Shown here: in pieces, positions 25,377 through 32,000 of the stretch
Layout: each line of letters starts with the position of its first letter
Numbering within the stretch: the first letter of the stretch is position 1
Assembly: GCA_025839675.1 (NCBI GenBank)
Contig: CP104013.1
Span: 60,001 to 92,000 of the forward strand
DNA length: 32,000 bases
Source of the DNA: Candidatus Lokiarchaeum ossiferum
GTDB lineage: Archaea; Asgardarchaeota; Lokiarchaeia; Sigyniarchaeales; Promethearchaeaceae
Direction of reading: 5' to 3'
Translations under genes and position numbers: made by a program
The notes under the pieces: model-generated
Database searches by the model: none
Seen by the model: the letters and a program-made list of their open reading frames with translations, nothing else
What the model was told of the DNA's origin: nothing

Positions 25377-26660
25377 TTAATTTCCTCCTTTTAAGGCTAA
25401 GGGTACAATTCGAGTTAAGGGTGTATAACGGTCATGTACTTCAATATCTAAACCTAATTCTATTCCAATTTCTTTCATCATTTGTAACCCTTCTTTTTCA
25501 TAAGGTCCACCTCGACGAACGTAGATCTTCACATTAGCTTTCTTCAATTGATCGACTTTCTTTCGGAAGGCTTTTACAATTCCTGAAAAGGTCGCTTTTA
25601 CATTTGTGAAGTTTGCAATGCCTCCAGCAATGAAAAGATATTTTGGTTTTCCTGCAGGATCTGGGTTTTTGGTCATTAAATCAATTACTGTCTCGGCATA
25701 TAATTGAGTATGTTCTAGAGATGGATTTCCAGAATATTCTCCGTAATTGGAAAGTTCCATTCCAAAACCTAAATCTGCGATGGTATCTGTAAAGATTACA
25801 GAAGCACCTCCTCCAGATAATAGAGTCCAAATGTGGCCATCAGGGTTTAATAAATTGAACTTTAATGAAGCACCAGTTTTTGCATCTAAACTGTCAATAA
25901 ATTGTTCAGATTCGGTTAATTCCATACCAAATCCGCCTGGAAATTCTACTGGTGCATCAGGTGTGTTCCATGTATCATTATGTAAGAAATATGCAGTATT
26001 GTCTAAGCGAGATTTCAAATCTAATGGAACAATTTCTTTTTCTGCTGTTATTGCAAATGGGTTAATTTCTAAGAAGGCAAAGTCTTGATCTTGATAAACA
26101 TGCAAGAGCGCTCTAACAAATGGAACAACAACATCTCCAAAATCACCTAAATCTGGTAATTGTCCTTTGAAATCAAAGGTTGCAAGATCTGCTGTAAATG
26201 GAACTTTAATATGAGTAACTTTATCCCAATTTTCTTCAACGAAAATTCCTCCTTCTAAACTGAAGTGGATTATATCATAATCTCGATCTGATGTAATGGA
26301 AACATAATATTCTTTCTCATGTGGGACAAAAGGTTCGACTAATAATCGAGTCAATTTTCCTTTTTTACCACTAATTTCAAATACTTTGTCCAATTTCTCC
26401 GCCGCAAAGGCTTTCAATTGATCCAAATTGGCATCTAACAAAAGTAAATTTGCTTTACCTCGTTTTCCGAATAATTGGTCTGGTTTTGCAACAAGTTTGT
26501 CGGTTTTTAACCATGGTAATTCTTCTGCCAACTTGTCAATATCGGTTTCTGGAGTAAGTACCGCAAGTTTATTGTGGAATTTGAACTCCGGGAAATATTT
26601 TGGAATTTGGCTAGCTAAGAGCTTTTTTCCGTCATATTCATAGATTGGTTTTTGAGCCAT
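25377..26660 (-). CDS. aclB: ATP-citrate lyase beta subunit (ATP-grasp / citrate-binding)
   Basis: 427 aa. LVAKPDQLFGKRGK, LVEPFVPH, DAKTGASLKFNLLNPDGHIWTLLSGGGASVIFTDTI, NYGEYSG, GGIANFTNVKATFSGIV and VRRGGPYEKEGL parallel the N-terminal part of eukaryotic ACLY. Confidence 0.92.
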   Translation of the reverse strand: MAQKPIYEYDGKKLLASQIPKYFPEFKFHNKLAVLTPETDIDKLAEELPWLKTDKLVAKPDQLFGKRGKANLLLLDANLDQLKAFAAEKLDKVFEISGKKGKLTRLLVEPFVPHEKEYYVSITSDRDYDIIHFSLEGGIFVEENWDKVTHIKVPFTADLATFDFKGQLPDLGDFGDVVVPFVRALLHVYQDQDFAFLEINPFAITAEKEIVPLDLKSRLDNTAYFLHNDTWNTPDAPVEFPGGFGMELTESEQFIDSLDAKTGASLKFNLLNPDGHIWTLLSGGGASVIFTDTIADLGFGMELSNYGEYSGNPSLEHTQLYAETVIDLMTKNPDPAGKPKYLFIAGGIANFTNVKATFSGIVKAFRKKVDQLKKANVKIYVRRGGPYEKEGLQMMKEIGIELGLDIEVHDRYTPLTRIVPLALKGGN

Positions 26661-26695
26661 TTGTATTTCCTTCTTTGTCTTATTTAAAAAAAAAA

Positions 26696-28627
26696 TTATG
26701 ACCCGTAGGTCAAACTTCCACCTGCAATAATAATGTCAGTTTCACGTTCGGATAAATTATAGGTGGAATGGATATCAAATCCTTGGGTTTCATTACGAAC
26801 AATGATATCTTTACCTTCTTTTAAAGATGCTATGATATTTTTTATGGAGAGAATATCTCCTTGCTTGATTTTATCATAATCCTCTTCATTTTTGAATTCC
26901 AGCGGTAAAATCCCAAAGTTTACAAGATTATCTTTATGAATTCGTGCATAAGATTTGACTAATTTTGCTTTTATACCTAAATACATGGGAGCTAAAGCCG
27001 CATGTTCTCGGCTAGAGCCTTGACCATAATTTGATCCTCCAACAACAACACCACCACCTGCTTCCTTCGCTTTTAATGCTCGATTTGGAAAATCTTCATC
27101 AATCTGCTCAAAAACATGCATGCTGATCAAAGGTAGATTTGAACGCAAGGGTAATATTTTAGCACCGGCTGGCATAATATGATCCGTTGTAATATCATCT
27201 TCTACTTTAATAACTACGGAAAGATGATCAAATTGATCTGGTAATGGGAAGAAATCGGGCAACGGGGCTATATTAGGACCGCGGATGATTTCCACTTCAT
27301 CGGCTTTTTCTACTGAAGCTGGTTCCAATATCATGGAATCATCAATTTCTAACGATTCTGGCATTTTGAATTTTGGATAATCTCCAAGTTTACGAGGATC
27401 GGTCACTTCTCCAAAAATAGCCGCTGCAACTGCGACTTCTGGGCTAACTAAATACACATTAGCACTTTTTACACCACTTCTTCCAAAGAAGTTTCGATTG
27501 AAAGTACAAAGTCGAACAGCATTAGTTTTTGGTGCAAATCCAATTCCGATACATGGACCGCATGCATTTTCCAGCATTCGTGCTCCTGCTGCATAGAAAT
27601 TAGCTAAACTACCATCTTTTGCCAGTTCTGCAACAACTTGTCTAGATCCAGGTGAGATTCCAAGGACTGTGGCACGAGCTATTTTCTTTCCTTTCAATAA
27701 TTGAGCAACTGTCCATAAATCTTTTAAAGAACTGTTTGTACACGAACCGATTGCAACTTGGTCCACTTTCATTCCATATAATTCGGATAATGGCACAACA
27801 TTTCCTGGGGAATGAGGTTTAGCAATCAAAGGTTCAAGTTCTGATAAATTTATTTCCATAATTTCATCAAAATCTTCATCTTTCCCTTCAGGAAGTTCGA
27901 TCCATTGATCTTCTCGCCCTTCTAAGGCTAAAAATTGTTTTGTAATTTCATCGGATGGAAACACAGAAGTAGTTGCACCAGTTTCCGCACCCATGTTGGT
28001 TATTGTTGCACGTTCGGGAACAATTAAGGTTTTCACACCTGGTCCAAAATATTCTAAAATGTGCCCTACACCACCCTTAACTCCGATTCGGCGTAATACT
28101 TCTAAGATTACATCTTTGGCCGCAACGAAGGGTTGTAATTTTCCGGTAAGTTTAATCCCCATAATTTTAGGTGTTTTTAAGTGGAATGAACCTCCTCGCA
28201 TTGCGATAGCTATATCCAATCCTCCAACACCGATTGCTATTTGTCCCATTCCTCCCGCTGTAGGAGTATGTGAATCAGATCCAATTAATGTTTTTCCAGG
28301 TCGGGCAAATCTTTCCAAGTTCACTTGATGACAGATTCCATTTCCTGGTCGGGAACATTTAATTCCGTATTTGTCTGCAATTGACATTAAATATCGATGA
28401 TCATCAGGATTTTTAAAGTCAGATTGGAGAGTATTATGGTCTATATAGGAAACGGAGAGTTCAGTTGTCACACGTTTCACTTTCATGGCTTCAAATTGTA
28501 AATAAGCCATTGTTCCAGTTGCATCTTGAGTTAAGGTTTGATCGATCTTAATACCAATTTCCTTACCAACTTCCCATGCCCCTTCAACAATGTGCTCTTT
28601 CAATATTTTTCTCGCAACACTTGTCAT
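26696..28627 (-). CDS. acn: Aconitate hydratase (about 640-aa fused large+small type)
   Basis: The Fe-S and substrate motifs are GSDSHTPTAGG, IGSCTNSS, CGPCIGIG and the swivel-domain GGSNYGQGSSREHAA. The track ORF extends to 28723, but that extension is hydrophobic junk. The ATG at 28627 (MTSVARKILKEH) has GAGGT (28638..28642) 10 nt upstream. Confidence 0.9.
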   Translation of the reverse strand: MTSVARKILKEHIVEGAWEVGKEIGIKIDQTLTQDATGTMAYLQFEAMKVKRVTTELSVSYIDHNTLQSDFKNPDDHRYLMSIADKYGIKCSRPGNGICHQVNLERFARPGKTLIGSDSHTPTAGGMGQIAIGVGGLDIAIAMRGGSFHLKTPKIMGIKLTGKLQPFVAAKDVILEVLRRIGVKGGVGHILEYFGPGVKTLIVPERATITNMGAETGATTSVFPSDEITKQFLALEGREDQWIELPEGKDEDFDEIMEINLSELEPLIAKPHSPGNVVPLSELYGMKVDQVAIGSCTNSSLKDLWTVAQLLKGKKIARATVLGISPGSRQVVAELAKDGSLANFYAAGARMLENACGPCIGIGFAPKTNAVRLCTFNRNFFGRSGVKSANVYLVSPEVAVAAAIFGEVTDPRKLGDYPKFKMPESLEIDDSMILEPASVEKADEVEIIRGPNIAPLPDFFPLPDQFDHLSVVIKVEDDITTDHIMPAGAKILPLRSNLPLISMHVFEQIDEDFPNRALKAKEAGGGVVVGGSNYGQGSSREHAALAPMYLGIKAKLVKSYARIHKDNLVNFGILPLEFKNEEDYDKIKQGDILSIKNIIASLKEGKDIIVRNETQGFDIHSTYNLSERETDIIIAGGSLTYGS

Positions 28628-29624
28628 TTTAGCATAAACCTCAAAATTTAGTATTGAAAAATTGTAAATAACGAGAACTTGCATCACTTGGATGACAGAT
28701 AAGAAATAGCGATTTAATATCAATAAATTCCAATTTATGTGGTTTTATCATTAAAAACTTTTCCAAAGATGGTAAATTATCGTCTTACTATTTGTCCAAT
28801 CTCACGAATTAGGTTATAAATAATATGCGTTCTTGGGCAAATGTACTTACTTAATATTTATATTAGAAAATCCAAATATAAATCTTTCTTAAAATTAATC
28901 TCAGATCATAAAAATATGCAACATGATCCCATTTTACTATAGACTCGATCATGAAAATGAGCATTAATTGGTATTTCAGTATTCCATAAATATGAAATTT
29001 ACAAAATTGTGAGGCGTCTACAAAAATTTTTGTTTTACAGAAAAATTAATGATGTAGAAAATTTAACCACAGTTATTTTTTCAATTTTTGACTTATTTTT
29101 CATTTTTATTTTTATAATACTAAAAAAAAGAATTTTTAATTTTGATTTTTGTAACTTTATTTTAAGCCTGCTACTTGATCACTTGTCACATTATGAGTAG
29201 ATTAATTTATTTTAGAAAAAAACCTAAAATGTTATTTATATTCATTATTTTTGGCGGTCTTATGGTGAGTTTGGCTACTTCTTTTGCTCTCTTCAAATCC
29301 AAAGAAATTTATATTATAATAATAGCTTCTAAAAGATTGATTAATTTTAAATCCATTTACTAAGAATACGGTAATTGAAGTAATTGATCCAAACGTATTT
29401 GCTTTCCTTGTTATCGCATCTTTTTGGGAGTAGTCATTATTCTATAGAAATTCTTTGTGATTTTCTTGAAAAATTATTTTATCATAAAGGCAAAAGTAAT
29501 TCATAGACATTTAAATTTAAGATACCTCTGATGACAAGATCTTTTTAAATAAAGTTATAGTATGAGCAATATATACTTAAAAATAGTCCATTAAGCCACA
29601 AGCTTTAAATATTCTGTCGGGTAA

Positions 29625-30758
29625 ATGGATAATTATATCTCAAAAGTTGTAATTTGGAAAGATCGAATAATGACAGAATCCTACAAACCCTTAACAAAAA
29701 ATGAAGAACTGGTGCTTTATGGACTTGTAAAGTTTCCTGATAAAAATGATAAACAATTGGCACAGCTCCTCGATATGAAGGATTCAACATTAACTTCTAT
29801 AAAAAAGCGGTTGGAAGAACAAAAATTTTTCAAAACACTCTATATTCCTATGTTAAATCGATTAGGATGTGAAATACTTGGAATTATTTCTAGCACATTT
29901 AATCCTATCATCCCATTGGAAGAAAGAATCAAAATTACATCCGAAAAAATTGAGACATTTGAAGAAATATTCTTTTCCTTGGGTGAATTAGAAAAAGGTT
30001 TTTCTCTTAGCTTTTCCAAAGATTTTTCTAGTTTCGCAAATATTAATGAAGTCCGGACAGAGACGTTTGGTCAATTGGGACTTTTAGAAAATAATACTCC
30101 CACTGAATTAATTTTCCCATTTAAATTAAGCAATATTGATTCCTTTTTTGCGTGTGATCGGATTTTAGAGGATTATTTCAACATCGCTTCCAAAGAAAAC
30201 CCTGATGAACCGTATATCCGACCAAAATGGTTTGAAGATGGGTCAATAAAACCATTATCATTAAAAGAACGAAAAGTGTTAGTCGCTTTAATTAAAAATC
30301 CAAATATGACAATGGAAAAAATTGGAGAAGACGAAAATGTAGAGCTTTCGCGCCATACTGTGGCTCGTATGAAACGAAAATTTCTTGCCGAAGGTTTAAT
30401 CAAGAAAATGATTATCCCAGATTTAAAAAGTATTGGATTTGATATAATGGTTTTTTACACATTCAGATTTAATCCAAATCACCCCCCTCAATTTGAAGAC
30501 TTTGAGATGATTAATTCCAAATCTACTCTATTTTTTGCCCATCGAAAGTTTAACGCTGTAATGCTTTCTGTCTACGCAACTTATGCCGATTACAAAGAAG
30601 ATAAGATGCGAAAATTTACATATTTGAAAGATCAGAATATTTTAACTTACAATCCTGCTCCTAAGAAATATGTGTTTGATCAGATGGAGATTATTAAATA
30701 TTTCAAGTTTGCTCCTATTACAGAAAAAATTTTACTTTCAGATCTCGCTGAAGAATAA
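29625..30758 (+). CDS. Transcriptional regulator with tandemly duplicated winged-HTH plus alpha/beta modules
   Basis: 377 aa. LTKNEELVLYGLVKFPDKNDKQLAQLLDMKDSTLTSIKKRLEEQKFFKTLYIPMLNRLGCEILGIISSTFNP and LSLKERKVLVALIKNPNMTMEKIGEDENVELSRHTVARMKRKFLAEGLIKKMIIPDLKSIGFDIMVFYTFRFNP are clearly paralogous halves. The start may be the internal ATG at 29670 (MTESYKPL). Confidence 0.7.
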   Translation: MDNYISKVVIWKDRIMTESYKPLTKNEELVLYGLVKFPDKNDKQLAQLLDMKDSTLTSIKKRLEEQKFFKTLYIPMLNRLGCEILGIISSTFNPIIPLEERIKITSEKIETFEEIFFSLGELEKGFSLSFSKDFSSFANINEVRTETFGQLGLLENNTPTELIFPFKLSNIDSFFACDRILEDYFNIASKENPDEPYIRPKWFEDGSIKPLSLKERKVLVALIKNPNMTMEKIGEDENVELSRHTVARMKRKFLAEGLIKKMIIPDLKSIGFDIMVFYTFRFNPNHPPQFEDFEMINSKSTLFFAHRKFNAVMLSVYATYADYKEDKMRKFTYLKDQNILTYNPAPKKYVFDQMEIIKYFKFAPITEKILLSDLAEE

Positions 30759-30892
30759 CATTATTTTCTTATTTCCGTTTTTTATCATTTAGAGGGTAGT
30801 TACATATTATATCCATCTTTGATATTGCTCAATTTTTATTTCTGTATTCGTTCGACAATTATTGACACGTATGGGTGTATATCAGCTTGATA

Positions 30893-31099
30893 CTAGCCTC
30901 CACCAAACATATGGATGGCCAGTACTTCATCTCCATCTTGGATAAGGGTATTTTTGTAATCTTTTTTTTCAACAAATTCCCCATTAATTTTGACCATGAT
31001 CTCTGGAAATGTATATTTGTGGAGCTCCAACATTTTAGTAACTGTCATCCCTTTGAACCACTGAAAATCCCGATTATTCACAGTTATCATAAACTTCAC
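30893..31099 (-). CDS. ThiS/MoaD-like ubiquitin-fold (beta-grasp) protein with a C-terminal GGG
   Basis: The 65-68 aa sequence MITVNNRDFQWFKGMTVTKMLELH...VKINGEFVEKKDYKNTLIQDGDEVLAIHMFGGG fits the ThiS pattern and ends in Gly-Gly-Gly just before the stop. The track start at 31099 is GTG and the ATG is at 31090. Confidence 0.75.
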   Translation of the reverse strand: MKFMITVNNRDFQWFKGMTVTKMLELHKYTFPEIMVKINGEFVEKKDYKNTLIQDGDEVLAIHMFGGG

Positions 31100-31128
31100 A
31101 TCTTAGTAATCAAAACCCAAAAAAAAGG

Positions 31129-32000
31129 TTATTCCTTAGCAAGGTCTGTTTGAAATTGATTTTCTTGATTTGAAATTGTTTTTTTTTCTTCAATTTTCTC
31201 AGCTAAATAAGGTGAAATTGATTTAATGGCTAATAAAAAGAAAGGAATTAACGCTAGTTCAATGTAAATTGAAACTATAAATGGAGTTTGGGGTCTAAAG
31301 GAATCCCATAAGATACCTCCGAGTACTGGGCCCAAGATACTTCCAATATTTCCCATTAAGTTTTGAAATCCAAAAATTTTTCCCCGGTTTCGTTCAGAAA
31401 TCCGGCTTAAAATATTTTGGATTGATAATCCTGCCACAGAAGCAATAGTAAAATCGATTATCATTAAAAAAGTGAAGAGGTAGAAGTTATAAGTCTGCAA
31501 TAATAATAATGTAAAAAGAGCTCCAGCTATGCTTGCTAAGGATATGCCCCACTCTGGTCGAATTTTGTCAATAATCTTACCCAATTTTGGAGCAAGAATT
31601 GTTGTTAATATTCCATTACAGAAATAAGCCGCTAAAATTAAATCTGTATTTTGTGTGATAAATTCCATTAAATATATCTGAATAAATGGTTTTGCTAATG
31701 AACCATTGAAATTACTAAGCAGAATGACTAAGTAGAGAAATAAAATTCCATAAATCCAGTTTTTTTTAAGGGTGAGAGTAGAAGATATTTTCTCTTCGGA
31801 ATTAGAGGTTTCTTCATCCACAAATTTTATTTTATCATCAACTTTATTTCTAAATTTGAATCCAGCATAGAAATTGGCCATGCTATACAATAGTATTGGA
31901 GAAAACAATAAAAATGGGGATAAATTATTACCTTGAGCAAATCCAAATATTGTAAATCCTATCACCGAACCAAGAAGTTGTCCTCTTCCGACAGCCGCCA
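31129..32000 (-). CDS. Major facilitator superfamily transporter, C-terminal part (gene runs off the right edge)
   Basis: Multiple TM helices and the MFS loop motif RNRGKIFGFQNLMGNIGSILGPVLGG. The frame stays open upstream of the track's GTG start (..AAVGRGQLLGSVIGFTIFG..), so the gene continues beyond 32000. Confidence 0.8.
   Translation of the reverse strand, partial: AAVGRGQLLGSVIGFTIFGFAQGNNLSPFLLFSPILLYSMANFYAGFKFRNKVDDKIKFVDEETSNSEEKISSTLTLKKNWIYGILFLYLVILLSNFNGSLAKPFIQIYLMEFITQNTDLILAAYFCNGILTTILAPKLGKIIDKIRPEWGISLASIAGALFTLLLLQTYNFYLFTFLMIIDFTIASVAGLSIQNILSRISERNRGKIFGFQNLMGNIGSILGPVLGGILWDSFRPQTPFIVSIYIELALIPFFLLAIKSISPYLAEKIEEKKTISNQENQFQTDLAKE

Noticed and set aside
28628-28723. 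32-codon N-terminal extension of the aconitase ORF (MILNRYFLSVIQVMQVLVIYNFSILNFEVYAK)
   Set aside because: The extension is hydrophobic junk with no homology to aconitase N-termini. The internal ATG at 28627 has a GAGGT ribosome-binding site and begins the conserved sequence.
29009-29363. Two short hydrophobic ORFs (63 and 62 aa) in the long spacer upstream of the acn operon
   Set aside because: Their composition is extremely Phe/Ile/Leu/Lys rich, as is typical of random AT-rich DNA. They have no ribosome-binding sites and overlap each other in different frames. A small membrane peptide cannot be excluded but is unsupported.
1-32000. Scan of intergenic regions for tRNA or rRNA genes, CRISPR repeat arrays, transposase/IS ends, integrases and toxin-antitoxin or known defence-system genes
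   Set aside because: Nothing supportable was found. The spacers have no GC-rich cloverleaf-like segments, no regularly spaced repeats beyond the 14-nt pair upstream of metG, no terminal inverted repeats flanking a gene block, and no recognisable defence or mobility genes.

Overview
Strongly AT-rich archaeal chromosome segment with Shine-Dalgarno-like sites and oligo-T terminators. It is most consistent with an Asgard (Lokiarchaeia-like) genome. It carries the archaea-specific UPF0147 protein, an archaeal/eukaryal-type MetRS, and several eukaryotic-signature-type genes: a Rag/Gtr-like GTPase with a fused roadblock domain plus a stand-alone roadblock/longin gene, a second longin-like protein, an Rpn10/p44-type vWA protein with two C4HC3 (PHD/RING-CH-like) fingers, a JAB/MPN protein and a ThiS-like beta-grasp protein. 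The core-metabolic block is a minus-strand operon aconitase - ATP-citrate lyase beta - ATP-citrate lyase alpha - monomeric isocitrate dehydrogenase, followed by a HemL-like class III aminotransferase and metG. Two cytoplasmic glycoside hydrolases (GH38, GH2) and a compact four-gene operon of unknown membrane proteins are also present. No rRNA, tRNA, CRISPR array or transposase was recognised. The most interesting hidden signal is an unannotated about 104-codon ORF downstream of metG. It reads straight through two adjacent TGA codons in a G-TGA-TGA-G context. A structured 3' UTR element with an AUGA/GA kink-turn-like core and a T10 terminator follows it, making it a candidate Sec-Sec selenoprotein with a SECIS. 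Other points are apparent active-site degeneration in the GH38 (metal ligands lost) and in a stand-alone E2-type acyltransferase domain (catalytic His->Asp), and a variant JAMM motif. All family assignments come from motif recognition by eye, and no searches were run.
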